This document shows positions 10,552 through 22,226 of a DNA stretch of 64,000 nucleotides, in pieces. Source of the stretch: Sedimentisphaerales bacterium (GTDB taxonomy: Bacteria; Planctomycetota; Phycisphaerae; Sedimentisphaerales; SM23-30); assembly GCA_963666285.1 (NCBI GenBank), contig OY762711.1. One strand, 5' to 3'. Position numbers and translations under genes: made by a program. The first letter of the stretch is position 1, and every line of letters begins with the position of its first letter. A model generated the notes under the pieces. It saw only the letters and a list, made by a program, of their open reading frames with translations. It ran no database searches and was not told the DNA's origin.

Positions 10552-11565
10552 ATGAAAATCGCATTTATATTGCCTGGTAATGGGAGAAGTGGCGGAGTAC
10601 GTTGTACAGTAACATCTGCAAATTTGCTTATTCAAAAAGGGCATAAAGTGAGAATATTTTACAAAAAACAAGGCCTTAGAAAAAGAATAAAAGAATATTT
10701 AACTATAGAAAATAGACAAAACTCCGATTGGCTTCCAGAATTCAATGGCCAAACAATACCTTTCTCTCACATCCATAATTGCTCATTTCAAAAAGGTGAA
10801 TTGATTGTTGGTGTCGGAATGTGGAGTTCTGCTCAAATATCAACACTATCAGATTCCAATCCAAAATTACAATATATTCATGGTCTTACCCCTTGGGCTC
10901 CAGACTTAATGAAAACAGTAATTGATACTCCAATAAGTAAAATATTTGTAAGTACAAACGATGCCAGATACTTTGAAGAAAATAACTCGCAATATTTATT
11001 AGGTGTAGTTCCAAATGGTATTGATCTTAATAATTACTTTACAGAAAAAAATGTTGAAAAAAATGGATGGGGCCTGATATACTATGACCATAACGAAGCA
11101 AAAGACCCAAAAACGATTGAAGCAGTAATTAAGCAATTAACAGTTAAATACAATTTACCTGTTAATTGCTTTGGCACATCCAAAAGGCCATCAATACTTA
11201 ATAGTAAACAATACACTAGATATCCGTCTATTGACACTTGCAGAAAGCTTTATTCTCAAAGTGAAATCTGGTTTCTACTTAGCAAGTCAGAGGGTTTTCC
11301 TGCCCCTCCATTAGAAGCAATGGCCTGTGGATGCTGTGTAATAAGCACAAAATGTGGAGGTATAAGAGATATTATTAATAATGGTAAAAACGGCTACCTT
11401 GTTGAAGTTGGAAATGTCAATCAAATAATTGAAAAGTTTGATTACTTATTAAGTAATAAAGATATCTGCACCCAAATTCAACGAAGAGCGTTAGAAACTG
11501 TTAAAGAATTTAGTTGGGAAAAACATATTATTAAACTAGAAGAATTATTATTGAAAGCTATATAA
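10552..11565 (+). CDS. Glycosyltransferase family 4
   Basis: GGV..PNGID..EGFPAPPLEAMACG. Confidence 0.9.
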   Translation: MKIAFILPGNGRSGGVRCTVTSANLLIQKGHKVRIFYKKQGLRKRIKEYLTIENRQNSDWLPEFNGQTIPFSHIHNCSFQKGELIVGVGMWSSAQISTLSDSNPKLQYIHGLTPWAPDLMKTVIDTPISKIFVSTNDARYFEENNSQYLLGVVPNGIDLNNYFTEKNVEKNGWGLIYYDHNEAKDPKTIEAVIKQLTVKYNLPVNCFGTSKRPSILNSKQYTRYPSIDTCRKLYSQSEIWFLLSKSEGFPAPPLEAMACGCCVISTKCGGIRDIINNGKNGYLVEVGNVNQIIEKFDYLLSNKDICTQIQRRALETVKEFSWEKHIIKLEELLLKAI

Positions 11566-11578
11566 ACTGCATAATAAA

Positions 11579-12835
11579 ATGGAAATTATAATATCTGGAG
11601 CTTCATTTAATACTGGTAACCTGGGAGTATCAGCCCTGACAGTTTCCAGTATTAACTTATTAAAGCTACAATGGCCTGAGTGCAAAATTAGCATTATTGG
11701 TGGAAGAACATTTTCTTTACACAAAGAACAAATAGGTAACAAAGAAATCCTTATTGAATGCTATCCTGTAAGGTATTCTCTAAATATATTCAAGAAAAAT
11801 CATATAGTGTGGATATATGTCACAATACTGCTCAGCAAAATTTTACCTTTAATTATTTCAAAAGATAATAACAAAACAACTTGTGCAATCATGAATGCTG
11901 ATCTTACCTGTGATATAACCGGCGGTGACAGCTTTAGCGACATTTACGGGATGAAAAGGCTGGTTATGGGCTATTTGCTAAAAAGAATTTGTCAGATTAC
12001 GGGCAAACCATTTATTATGCTGCCGCAAACATATGGGCCATTTAACTCTGAAAGGTCCAAAACACTTGCTAAAAAGGTATTACAACAAGCAGATAATATA
12101 TATTCAAGAGATAAAGAAGGACTTGAAGTAATTGAAGAATTGATAGGAAAATCTGACAAGACTATACTTTGCCCGGATGTAGCATTTACGCTGGAGCTAA
12201 GAGAATGCGTACTACCAAAAGGTTTCCCTGCGGAAGCTAAGCATATAATCGGACTCAATATCAGTGGTTTGCTCTTTAACGGTGGTTATACCGGGAAAAA
12301 TGAATTTGGACTGGTCTGCAATTATAAGGAACTAATAAAGGAAATAATAGATTACTTTGCCGCCCTAAGTGAGGTACATGTTATGCTGGTGCCGCATGTG
12401 GTACCGAAAGCTTTTTCAGTAGAAAACGATCTGGATGCATGCCAAGAGCTTTACCAATCTCTATCAGAGCAACTCAAGTCAAAAGTTTTTATAGCTAAGC
12501 CAGAAACAGATAATTTTTACGATCAATGTGAAATTAAATACTTAATTGGAAAATGCAGCTTCTTTATGGGCAGCCGTATGCATGCAACCATTGCTGCAAT
12601 ATCACAGCATGTTCCTACTGTTGGGTTGGCATATAGTAAGAAATTTATTGGAGTATATGAGACTGTAGGAATTGAGGAATGTGTAGCTGACCTTAGAAAG
12701 CTAAATAATCAGAAAGTACTAGAGTCAGTTAAAGCAATTTATTCAAAACGTGAAAACATCAAACAAAAACTAGAACATGCAATCCCCCAGGTAAAACAGC
12801 AGGTATATTCTATCTTTGACAATATAAATCTGTGA
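11579..12835 (+). CDS. Polysaccharide pyruvyl transferase family protein
   Basis: NLGVSAL, GGDSFSDIYG, PQTYGPF, SRD, PDVAF, GSRMHATIAA motifs. Confidence 0.9.
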   Translation: MEIIISGASFNTGNLGVSALTVSSINLLKLQWPECKISIIGGRTFSLHKEQIGNKEILIECYPVRYSLNIFKKNHIVWIYVTILLSKILPLIISKDNNKTTCAIMNADLTCDITGGDSFSDIYGMKRLVMGYLLKRICQITGKPFIMLPQTYGPFNSERSKTLAKKVLQQADNIYSRDKEGLEVIEELIGKSDKTILCPDVAFTLELRECVLPKGFPAEAKHIIGLNISGLLFNGGYTGKNEFGLVCNYKELIKEIIDYFAALSEVHVMLVPHVVPKAFSVENDLDACQELYQSLSEQLKSKVFIAKPETDNFYDQCEIKYLIGKCSFFMGSRMHATIAAISQHVPTVGLAYSKKFIGVYETVGIEECVADLRKLNNQKVLESVKAIYSKRENIKQKLEHAIPQVKQQVYSIFDNINL

Positions 12836-12943
12836 TTAATGAGAATTCGTATTTTTCATATCAATCGTAAAACTAAATTTAGTTCTCCGTAAACAGCGTA
12901 TTCAGTAGTTGAATATTGTTTTTTCGTAAAGTTAGAGAATTTC

Positions 12944-14233
12944 GTGGTTAAAAATATAAAAACAAATAAAAAGCTCGTCCGAGCAGACAGCATAGCAGCG
13001 TGGCGATTATGTATGGGGTGTGGAGCATGTAAGTGGGCATGTCCAAATGATGCCATAACATTGCAAGATATACCGGATAAAGGGATTAGACCTTTTATCG
13101 ATGAAAGTAAATGTGAGAAATGTGGCAATTGCGCTACAGTCTGCCCAGGTAAAAAGTTGGAACACGAAGAGTTTACCGAGGGAGTAATCCAAGAACTTGC
13201 TAATGATTGGGGACCTATACTAGAGCTATATGAAGGATACGCTGCAGATCAAGATATTCGCTATCGAGCATCTTCAGGTGGAGTCGCAACAGCCTTGGCA
13301 TTATACGCAATAGAGGAAGCTGGATTTACCGGTGTACTTCATATCAAAGCCGATCCAGATAACCCAATAGCCAATATCCCAACATATTCGACAACCAGAG
13401 AAGAAATCCTGACGACCATCGGTAGCAGGTACGCACCAGCGGCACCGTGTCAGGCTTTTGATATAATTAAACAGACTAACGGTCTTTCAATGTTCATAGG
13501 TAAACCGTGTGACTGCGCCGCACTACAAAAAGCTTGTGAATTAGACAGAAAACTATCACAAAGAGTTGGTCTGATTGTTAGTATTTTTTGTGCGGGCACA
13601 CCAAGTACCAATGGCACCCTGGCAATCTTAAAGGAAATGGGAATAGATAACCCTCAAAAAGTTGAAACATTCAGATATCGAGGGTATGGCTGGCCAGGCA
13701 TGGCTACAGCTTGCGGTAATAAAAACTACTTCAGCGAGCCTCATAGCAATAAGGTAAAAATATGCAATGATGGAAGCCGACAAATGACCTATGAAGACAC
13801 TTGGGGAAATATTCTTTCAAAGCATGGGCAGCTTAGATGCAGACTTTGTCCAGACAGCACTGGTGAGTTCGCTGATATTTCCATTGGCGACCCTTGGTAT
13901 AGAGAAACAAACAATGACCCAGGAAGATCTTTGATTCTTGTGAGAACAAAAATTGGAATCGTTTTTTTTAATAAAAAAGAATTTACTAATTTCATAAAAT
14001 ATGAGCAATCTTTTCAGAATAGATTGCCTGAATCTCAGAAATCTATATATAATAGGAGATGCCAAATATGGGGCAGACTATTGGTGTTAAGTTTATTACA
14101 AATCCCAATTCCAGTTTATCTGAATTTTGCATTAAAAGATAGTTGGAATGCATACCCATTTAGCAAGAAACTTCGAACTTTGTTCGGTACACTTAAGCGT
14201 ATCTTTAAGAATAATTGGTTCATTAGTTCATGA
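12944..14233 (+). CDS. 4Fe-4S / coenzyme F420 hydrogenase beta-subunit-like protein
   Basis: Two CxxCxxCxxxCP ferredoxin motifs; ASSGGVAT, GSRY, GKPCD, FCAGTPS, RCRLCPD, ADISIGDPW. Confidence 0.9.
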   Translation: MVKNIKTNKKLVRADSIAAWRLCMGCGACKWACPNDAITLQDIPDKGIRPFIDESKCEKCGNCATVCPGKKLEHEEFTEGVIQELANDWGPILELYEGYAADQDIRYRASSGGVATALALYAIEEAGFTGVLHIKADPDNPIANIPTYSTTREEILTTIGSRYAPAAPCQAFDIIKQTNGLSMFIGKPCDCAALQKACELDRKLSQRVGLIVSIFCAGTPSTNGTLAILKEMGIDNPQKVETFRYRGYGWPGMATACGNKNYFSEPHSNKVKICNDGSRQMTYEDTWGNILSKHGQLRCRLCPDSTGEFADISIGDPWYRETNNDPGRSLILVRTKIGIVFFNKKEFTNFIKYEQSFQNRLPESQKSIYNRRCQIWGRLLVLSLLQIPIPVYLNFALKDSWNAYPFSKKLRTLFGTLKRIFKNNWFISS

Positions 14234-14242
14234 GGAATACTA

Positions 14243-15493
14243 TTGACATTATTACTTGCTATTTCTATCTCAATAATAATAATATTTTCAAAGCCATTTA
14301 ATGGATTATTATTATATTATATCTCATTGGTATGGTATCCAACTAGTAACACCATTTACTTAGGAACTCTTAACTTTTCAGTATCTAGAATTACAATATT
14401 AGCCCTAATAATAAAAATTTTACTAGATAACTCCATATTACAAAAATATTCTATAAAAACTATTGATAAGTGTATGATATTATATTTTGTTGGTCAATTA
14501 TTTTCGGGTTTATTTACCACTAATTTCATAACGGTACTTACTAATAGATCTGGCTTTTTCTTTGATGTTTTTTTACCTTTCATTGCCATTAGGCTTATTA
14601 TTGATAGTAGAGAGAAACTGACTGTATATATCAATCGCATTGTTTGGATAACTGTTCCTTTAGGTTTAATTACAATATTTGAATCCTATACCCACTGCAA
14701 AAACATACTTTCATTTGGAATGATTGAAGGTTATGCTGACCCAAGATGGGGAATGAAAAGGGCTAGAGCAACCTTTAGTCATCCAATTTATTATGGCATT
14801 TTTATGTCTATAATTTTGTCTTTGGGTATGATTAAATTTCCCAAAAATAAGTTTTTATTATTCGCAATATTCTGTGGTGTTTTTTCTTCTTTATCAAGTG
14901 GCCCTTGGTTATGTGCGATTACCTGTATATTTATAATGTGTTTATACAGATTTAGATACAAATGGAAAACAATAATAATTGTAACATCATTAACATGCTT
15001 AACAATAGAAATAATCAGTAACAGACATTTCTATAATGTTATCGACAGATTTGCGTTAAATTCCCAAACAGCATGGTACAGGACCAGATTATTTGAAGTT
15101 GCTTTATTTGAAAACGGGATGTCAGGACATTGGCTATTTGGCTATGGTTTCAATGATCCAATGTGGTGTAAGAAAATAGATGGCAGAAATCATACAGATA
15201 TGGTTAATCATTATTTATTGATATTGAGTCAATTTGGCCTAAGTGGACTAATTCCCTTCTTGTTAATCATTATGGCATCATTGAAAAATATTTATTACAA
15301 TTGTCTATTTAGCTTACAAAGTGACCACTGGTTGCGTTGGGTGCTTGGAGCAACTTTAATTGGCCTTTTGTTTTCTCTTAATTCAGTATCTCTTTTTGGC
15401 CAAGCCTCAAATTTTATATTTATTTTATTTGCCCTAACAGCACCACTTGAAAAGATAAACATAAATACCAACCGCACAAATATAAAGCGATAA
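14243..15493 (+). CDS. O-antigen ligase / Wzy polymerase-like membrane protein
   Basis: Multi-TM; RARATFSHPIYYG, SSGP and LFGYG motifs; EPS context. Confidence 0.75.
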   Translation: MTLLLAISISIIIIFSKPFNGLLLYYISLVWYPTSNTIYLGTLNFSVSRITILALIIKILLDNSILQKYSIKTIDKCMILYFVGQLFSGLFTTNFITVLTNRSGFFFDVFLPFIAIRLIIDSREKLTVYINRIVWITVPLGLITIFESYTHCKNILSFGMIEGYADPRWGMKRARATFSHPIYYGIFMSIILSLGMIKFPKNKFLLFAIFCGVFSSLSSGPWLCAITCIFIMCLYRFRYKWKTIIIVTSLTCLTIEIISNRHFYNVIDRFALNSQTAWYRTRLFEVALFENGMSGHWLFGYGFNDPMWCKKIDGRNHTDMVNHYLLILSQFGLSGLIPFLLIIMASLKNIYYNCLFSLQSDHWLRWVLGATLIGLLFSLNSVSLFGQASNFIFILFALTAPLEKININTNRTNIKR

Positions 15494-15500
15494 CATCACT

Positions 15501-16178
15501 ATGAAAAATATTATAATTATAAATTTTCATGGCATCGGTAAATGTTACCGAGAGTTTGAAGATGAAAGTGAAGAAAAATACTGGATATCAGAAAATTTCT
15601 TTGAATGCATTATAGATTTAATTCTTTATCACATTAAAAAGAAACAGAAAAAGATTGAGATAACTTTTGATGATAGTAACATTTCAGACTTCACAATTGC
15701 TCTTCCATTATTAAAAAAACATAATATAGTTGCTACTTTTTTCATATTAGCAACTAAAATTGGAAAACCAGGGTACCTGAGTGTGCAAAATATTAAAAAT
15801 CTTATCAATCATGGGATGATAATCGGATCTCATGGTATGAATCATGTGCCATGGACAAGCTTGGATGAATTAAGCTTAAATTCGGAACTGTTAGATTCAA
15901 AGATTATACTTGAAGATATTACAGATCAAAAAGTAGTACAGATTTCCTGCCCTATGGGACTTTATAACAAATATGTCATTAATAAAGTAATTCAACATGG
16001 ATATTCTACTATTTACACAAGTGACAAAGGATATACCAATTTAAAAAGTTCAATTAAATCAAGAAATACAATAACAAAAGATTATTCTATTGATGATATT
16101 AACTCTTTATTAAATAATAAAAATATATTCAATCAAATAATTATCGATCTTAAATCAACGATTAAACGATATCGATGA
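15501..16178 (+). CDS. Polysaccharide deacetylase (NodB/CE4 family)
   Basis: ITFDD, ATFF, IGSHGMNH, CPMG. Confidence 0.88.
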   Translation: MKNIIIINFHGIGKCYREFEDESEEKYWISENFFECIIDLILYHIKKKQKKIEITFDDSNISDFTIALPLLKKHNIVATFFILATKIGKPGYLSVQNIKNLINHGMIIGSHGMNHVPWTSLDELSLNSELLDSKIILEDITDQKVVQISCPMGLYNKYVINKVIQHGYSTIYTSDKGYTNLKSSIKSRNTITKDYSIDDINSLLNNKNIFNQIIIDLKSTIKRYR

Positions 16179-16188
16179 CGAGGTTTAT

Positions 16189-17205
16189 ATGAATTATATA
16201 ATCGAAATCAATAGCATACATGAAACAAAATGGGGTGAATCAGCTTCAGATTTTAGTGATTATAATATTTACCAAACTTGGGCATATCAAAAAGCGAGAG
16301 CTCTTAAATCTTCTAATAAATTATCTTCATTCCTTATCAGAGATATTGAAGATAATAATAGAATTATTTGTATGGGAATAGTAAGAATCAAAAGAATTCT
16401 TAATTATAACATTGGTTATGTTCAATCTGGACCACTTATATATTCTAACACAAAAATCAATTACGAGGAATTATTCATAAATTTTAAAAAAGTACTATGC
16501 TTACTTAATCTTAATATCCTTAGGCTAAATTTTTATAATTGTACAGGTTATAGCGAAAACTTTAATACTGCAATAGAAAACGCTAATATAAAAAAATCTG
16601 TTCACTATAGAAAAAATAGTACTTTCATTATTGATTTAAATAAAGACGAAGATGAATTGATGGCATCAATTCATAGAGATAATAGACGCTTAATTAAAAA
16701 AGCAATAAAAAACAAAAATATCGACATAGAATACGACAATAAAGGTAAATATCTTAAAGATATGCATCGTATGTATTTAGATGCCAAAAAGAGAAAAGGA
16801 TTTAGTGGTGTTGATTCAGATATCTTTCTTAATTGCTACAATGATTTATCTCAAAATGAAAGATTTGAAATTATAGCAATTAAACATAATAACATTCCTA
16901 TAGCCATCCACGCAACTTCTCATCTCGGCAATACCGCTATGCCACTTATTAACGTCAATAGCATTAAAAGTTTAGAAATGAAAATATCAAATTATATTTG
17001 GTGGCTAGCCTATCTTAGAGCAAAAGAAATTGGAATTCTTTATTATGACATGGGAGGATACGACAAAGAAACCAATCCACATGGTTATTTATTTAAAAAA
17101 AGAATGGGGGGACAACCACATGAATACTCTACTCCTTTTGATATATTTCATTCGAGACTTTCTGAACTAATCTGGCAATATATTTCAAAAAAATATTACA
17201 AATAA
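16189..17205 (+). CDS. FemAB-like / GNAT acyltransferase
   Basis: YQTWAY, IIDL..E..L, RRLIKKA, YDMGG...GYLFKKRMGG. Confidence 0.75.
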   Translation: MNYIIEINSIHETKWGESASDFSDYNIYQTWAYQKARALKSSNKLSSFLIRDIEDNNRIICMGIVRIKRILNYNIGYVQSGPLIYSNTKINYEELFINFKKVLCLLNLNILRLNFYNCTGYSENFNTAIENANIKKSVHYRKNSTFIIDLNKDEDELMASIHRDNRRLIKKAIKNKNIDIEYDNKGKYLKDMHRMYLDAKKRKGFSGVDSDIFLNCYNDLSQNERFEIIAIKHNNIPIAIHATSHLGNTAMPLINVNSIKSLEMKISNYIWWLAYLRAKEIGILYYDMGGYDKETNPHGYLFKKRMGGQPHEYSTPFDIFHSRLSELIWQYISKKYYK

Positions 17206-17229
17206 GTTGTAATCTCATATTTAATAGAA

Positions 17230-18183
17230 TTGATGAAAAAAAATAACCAAATACATATATCCATTATTATCGTTAGCTGGAATACTTGTCAAACCACTTG
17301 CAATTGCATTAATTCAATTTATGAATATACAAAGAACTTACTCTTTGAAATCATAGTTGTTGACAATAATTCCTCAGATGATACAGTTAAGACAATTCAA
17401 AAAGACTTTCCACATGTTAAAATTATTAATAATAGCGAAAATCTTGGTTTTGGATGTGCCAACAATCAGGGCATGGATATTTCTAATGGAGACTACTTAC
17501 TTCTTTTAAATAGCGACACAATCCTTACAGAAGACAGTTTAAGTAAAATCTATTTATTTGCTAAAGAAAACCCAAATGCAGGAGTTATTGGCTGCAAAAT
17601 CTTAAATCCAGATAACACATTACAACATAGTTGTGTTAATTATCCAAGATTGAAAGATAAATTATTCTTTGCCTTAGGGTTATCATACTGTTTCCCCAAA
17701 AGCAAAGTATTTAATCATGAAAGAATGCAATGGTGGAAACATAATAAAGTTTGTGAAGTTGAAGCTATTACTGGATGCTTTATGTTAGTCAAAAAACAAA
17801 TATTCGAGGAAACAGGCGGTTTTGATGAAAGATTTTTCATGTACTGCGAAGAAATTGATTGGTGCAAGAGAATTACAAATTCCGGATGGAAAATCATCTT
17901 TACACCATGCACTCATATCATTCATTATGGTGGCGTCAGTGCCTTAAAACATGATAGTAAGCGATCCTTATTAATTGACAAGTCTTACGTAAAATATATG
18001 TTCAAACACTGGGGAAGCTCAAATGCAAAAACAGGCATATTATTTATGCTTATTTTTTACATAATAAGAATATTTTTATTAGCTCCTTTATTTCCTTTCA
18101 AAAAATTTAATAACTCATTGAGAAATCATTGGGTAGGATTTAGGGGTTTATTGAATTACAAGGATTATTTGCAAGGAAACTGA
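17230..18183 (+). CDS. Glycosyltransferase family 2
   Basis: [49 protein letters not shown]. Confidence 0.92.
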   Translation: MMKKNNQIHISIIIVSWNTCQTTCNCINSIYEYTKNLLFEIIVVDNNSSDDTVKTIQKDFPHVKIINNSENLGFGCANNQGMDISNGDYLLLLNSDTILTEDSLSKIYLFAKENPNAGVIGCKILNPDNTLQHSCVNYPRLKDKLFFALGLSYCFPKSKVFNHERMQWWKHNKVCEVEAITGCFMLVKKQIFEETGGFDERFFMYCEEIDWCKRITNSGWKIIFTPCTHIIHYGGVSALKHDSKRSLLIDKSYVKYMFKHWGSSNAKTGILFMLIFYIIRIFLLAPLFPFKKFNNSLRNHWVGFRGLLNYKDYLQGN

Positions 18184-18187
18184 AATT

Positions 18188-19132
18188 ATGGTTAAACGTA
18201 TATTGGTAACTGGTGGTGCTGGATTCTTAGGATCACATTTATGTGACAGACTCGTTGAACAGGGGCACGAAGTTTTATGTCTTGACAACTTTTTTACAGG
18301 ACGTAAAAACAATATTGCACACCTCTTAAATAAATCTAATTTTGAGGTTATCCGACATGATGTAACATTCCCATTATATGTTGAAATTGATGAAATTTTT
18401 AATCTAGCCTGCCCAGCCTCTCCTATTCATTACCAACATGATCCAGTCCAAACAACAAAGACGAGTGTTCATGGCGCAATAAATATGCTCGGACTTGCAA
18501 AGAGAGTCGGGGCAAAAATAATGCAAGCTTCAACGAGTGAAGTATATGGTGACCCTGCTATTCACCCACAAACTGAAGATTATTGGGGAAACGTAAACCC
18601 AATTGGTTTTCGCTCTTGTTATGATGAAGGAAAAAGATGTGCTGAAACCTTATTTTTTGATTATTTTAGACAGCACAACTTAAGGATAAAAGTAATTCGA
18701 ATTTTCAATACATATGGTCCTAGAATGCATCCTAATGATGGTCGTGTTGTTTCAAATTTTATTGTTCAAGCTCTAAAGAATGCTCCTGTAACTATATATG
18801 GAAATGGAAATCAAACTCGCTCATTTTGTTTTGTCGATGACTTAATTAGAGCATTTTTAAGTATTATGAATACAGAAGATGATTTCACCGGACCTGTAAA
18901 TTGTGGTAATCCATGTGAATATACCATGCTAGAACTTGCAGAGTTGATCATTAAGCTCACAAATTCAAAATCTGAAATTGCTTTCAAGCCACTTCCGCAT
19001 GATGACCCAAAACAAAGAAAACCAGATATAAGTTTAGCAAAATCAAAGTTGAATTGGAAACCGAAGATACCACTGGATGAAGGTATACAAAAAACAATAG
19101 ATTATTTTTCAAAAATAATAAACAAAAACTGA
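18188..19132 (+). CDS. uxs: UDP-glucuronate decarboxylase (UDP-xylose synthase)
   Basis: [55 protein letters not shown]. Confidence 0.92.
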   Translation: MVKRILVTGGAGFLGSHLCDRLVEQGHEVLCLDNFFTGRKNNIAHLLNKSNFEVIRHDVTFPLYVEIDEIFNLACPASPIHYQHDPVQTTKTSVHGAINMLGLAKRVGAKIMQASTSEVYGDPAIHPQTEDYWGNVNPIGFRSCYDEGKRCAETLFFDYFRQHNLRIKVIRIFNTYGPRMHPNDGRVVSNFIVQALKNAPVTIYGNGNQTRSFCFVDDLIRAFLSIMNTEDDFTGPVNCGNPCEYTMLELAELIIKLTNSKSEIAFKPLPHDDPKQRKPDISLAKSKLNWKPKIPLDEGIQKTIDYFSKIINKN

Positions 19133-19274
19133 TTGATTTTACATAACTAAAAGTTTATTTGGACTGCAAACCAAATTATCATTACTATACTTAATGACAA
19201 TTTGCCCTCTTGTAGCCAGCAAATCTGTCGAATTTGAGATATAAGATTATTGATCGACGAAAATTTGCATATCC

Positions 19275-19318
19275 TTAACATTAATGAACATTTTGTACAC
19301 GATGTTCATTAATGTTAA
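19275..19318. repeat. Perfect 17-bp inverted repeat with 10-nt spacer
   Basis: TTAACATTAATGAACAT-tttgtacacg-ATGTTCATTAATGTTAA. Confidence 0.9.
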
Positions 19319-19729
19319 ATTGGGGCATGCAGGAATAGACATAATCTATCAGCCACAGATCACTTTTCATCGCAAGGTATCGCAAAACAAGTTTTTCACT
19401 CCAACCTAACGACTGTTTTTGTACTTTGATCGTACCCCAAAATTGCCCAACGCTTTAGATAGCAACCGACATTTTACCCAAATTGTGACTAAAAGGAATT
19501 TCAAACTCTCTTAAGTAATATATCAATATCACCTTACTGAACTGTGCCTTGAAAATTACATTCATGAAATTAATATCTAATAAAAAATCGACAGATATTT
19601 TGAAGTTAGGAAAATAGTCGTTTCGCTTTTCATTGTTTATATATCTTCGCAAAGACTTTCCATATTGCATTGGCGGTTTGATCCTATTTCTATTAGTAGG
19701 AACAATCATTTCAACACACGTTCTTCAAG

Positions 19730-19890
19730 CAAAAGTTTATCAAGCTTATCAGGATGAGATAGATCGGTTACCAGTTGAAGGAAAGTATGGTAAAGACAAA
19801 AGACAATTGGGTCAAAGACAAAGTTGGCAGAAACAGCTGTTAGCTCGATCTCTAAATTTATCATGATAAATTTAGAGAAAATCTTCACGT
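19730..19890 (+). pseudogene. Frameshifted C-terminal remnant of an IS5-family transposase
   Basis: QAYQDEIDRLPVEGKYGKDKR, then in another frame KTKLAETAVSSISKFIMINLEKIF; resembles the IS5-type C-terminus (R..IEGKFG..KR...MAKL.ET....I....MNL). Confidence 0.6.
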
Positions 19891-20110
19891 GCACTTCTAT
19901 TTTTGCGAGTTATTGTGGGACTTGCTTGCTGCCATCATGCAAATTAGAAGTATAAACCTAGCAATTTCAATTGCAGCCCAACGGTAACCCCAAGCTACTA
20001 TTAAAAATAATTGTTTGTTGAGGATACTCTAAATTGTATACTTACAATAAATATTTTAGCAGATATGTTTTGAATTTTCATCATCTTTCATTTATTTATG
20101 GGAAAACTAT

Positions 20111-21334
20111 ATGAGTAAAATTTCTGTACTAATAAGTGCTTATAAATTAGATAAAAATGACGTTGGAGAAGGAAATATGGCATATAGCTGGATTAAATAT
20201 TTATCCAGAAAATGCAACGTTCATGTTTTATCTTGTGGTTCTAGAACTAACGACTATTGCGGATTGGAAGACTTGCCAAACATTATATATCACAAAATTA
20301 TTGAAAATATAAGTTTTTATAAATTTGATCTTATCGATAGAAGTATTAAACCTGGTTATTTAGAATATTTCATAAAATCTTATTTTGCTAGTAAAAGAAT
20401 CCTTAATCAGTACAATATTGACATTTGCCACCATCTCGCACCATTTTCATTAAGATATCCTTCCCCTTTACTCTGGACTAACAAACCTCTTATTGTTGGC
20501 CCTATATATGGTGGACTAAAATCCCCCCAAATTATTAAGACTCTAGAATCAAAAGAAGAATTATTGATGAAAACTAGGATGATTGACCCATTGAGATTAA
20601 AATTTGATCCATGGCTACATAAACACTTTTCTGTAGCAGATAATTACGTTCTTTCAGCTCCTTACGTAGATGAATTACTTCCAAAATATTCAAAATCAAT
20701 GAGAAGTCTAATTTCTGGCATAGCTATTGACTCTTTTGATAGACCCAAATATTCTAAGAATAGTAAAGATCATCTTAAATTAGTTTCTGTTTCCAGACTT
20801 GTTGCTTCTAAAGGTATTGAGTTACTTATAAAAGCTATCTCTGAATCAAATAATAAACACAATATATCTCTGGATATTTACGGTAAAGGACCTCTTTACG
20901 ACGATTATGTAAATTTATCTAAAAAAAATGGTTTAGAAAACATTATCAATTGGCATGGCTTTAAGCCTAATAACGAAGTAATAAAAAAGTACCCTGAATA
21001 TGACGTATTTATCCTGCCAAGCCTCAAAGAACCTGCTGGAATTGCAGTTATTGAAGCAATGTCATCTGGATTACCTGTCATATGTATAGATGCTGGTGGG
21101 CCAGCATACTCCGTGAGTGAAAATTGTGGAATAAAAGTTCCAATCACCAATACTAATACTATGATAAAAAAATTGGCCACTGCAATTGACTTCATGTTTG
21201 ATTCTCCAGAAAAAAGAGAGCAAATGGGGTTAAATGCACAACAAAGAATCATTGAGCATTTTACCTGGGATGCTGTAACAGACAAAATGGTAAATGTTTA
21301 CAAAAATGCAATCAATAGCCGAAATATCAAATAG
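20111..21334 (+). CDS. Glycosyltransferase family 4
   Basis: VSRLVASKG, ILPSLKEPAGIAVIEAMSSGLPV. Confidence 0.9.
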   Translation: MSKISVLISAYKLDKNDVGEGNMAYSWIKYLSRKCNVHVLSCGSRTNDYCGLEDLPNIIYHKIIENISFYKFDLIDRSIKPGYLEYFIKSYFASKRILNQYNIDICHHLAPFSLRYPSPLLWTNKPLIVGPIYGGLKSPQIIKTLESKEELLMKTRMIDPLRLKFDPWLHKHFSVADNYVLSAPYVDELLPKYSKSMRSLISGIAIDSFDRPKYSKNSKDHLKLVSVSRLVASKGIELLIKAISESNNKHNISLDIYGKGPLYDDYVNLSKKNGLENIINWHGFKPNNEVIKKYPEYDVFILPSLKEPAGIAVIEAMSSGLPVICIDAGGPAYSVSENCGIKVPITNTNTMIKKLATAIDFMFDSPEKREQMGLNAQQRIIEHFTWDAVTDKMVNVYKNAINSRNIK

Positions 21335-21340
21335 AAAATA

Positions 21341-22219
21341 ATGAAACAACAGACTTTTATCATAATAACTCCATGCTACAATGAACAGAAATATATTGAA
21401 TTCTCACTTAAATCTGTTGTAAACCAAACTATTAAGCCATCTAAATGGATAATAGTCAATGATGGATCAACAGACAAAACTGCTGAGATAATCAATAATT
21501 ATACAGATAAATATGATTTTATAGAATACTATTTTCGTCATAAATCAACAGGACAAACATACTTTTCAAGCAACGTATACGCAATAATGGAAGGCTGGGA
21601 ACAGGTGAAAGAGCTAGACTTTGATTATCTTGGAATCCTTGATAGCGATATAACACTGCCGAAAAAATATTATGAGAAGATAATAGCAGAATTTGAAAAT
21701 GATATGAACCTGGGCGTTGCAAGCGGAATATATGAAAACCTGATCGACGGAAAGCTAGTGCCAGTTATAAACGACAGACGTAGTACACCAAAGGCAATAC
21801 AAATATTTCGCAAGGAAGTATTTGAACAAATTGGCGGTTATCTCCCCTTGAAATATGGCGGAGAGGATACCGCAGCATGTGTAATGGCAAGAATGCATGG
21901 CTGGAAAGTATGGTCTTTCCCAAATATTAAAGTCATCCATCATCGCCCAACCGGTTCAGGAAACTCAAAAAATATAATTAAAGCTAAATACATGCTTGGA
22001 CTCAATGAATATTTCATTGGTAGCCATTGGTTATTTGTGCTAATGAAATGCTTAAAAAGAGCATTCAAAGAAAAACCTTTTATAATTGGTGGTGTAGCTA
22101 GATTCTGCGGTTTTCTTTATGGGCATTTTATTAATGAAAAAAGACAAGTTCCAATCGAAATGGTACGTTTTTTCCGCAGAGAACAACTTAGAAGAATATT
22201 TCTCTTTAATAGAATATAA
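21341..22219 (+). CDS. Glycosyltransferase family 2
   Basis: IITPCYNE, VNDGSTD, LDSD, GGED. Confidence 0.9.
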   Translation: MKQQTFIIITPCYNEQKYIEFSLKSVVNQTIKPSKWIIVNDGSTDKTAEIINNYTDKYDFIEYYFRHKSTGQTYFSSNVYAIMEGWEQVKELDFDYLGILDSDITLPKKYYEKIIAEFENDMNLGVASGIYENLIDGKLVPVINDRRSTPKAIQIFRKEVFEQIGGYLPLKYGGEDTAACVMARMHGWKVWSFPNIKVIHHRPTGSGNSKNIIKAKYMLGLNEYFIGSHWLFVLMKCLKRAFKEKPFIIGGVARFCGFLYGHFINEKRQVPIEMVRFFRREQLRRIFLFNRI

Positions 22220-22226
22220 CTGAGTT

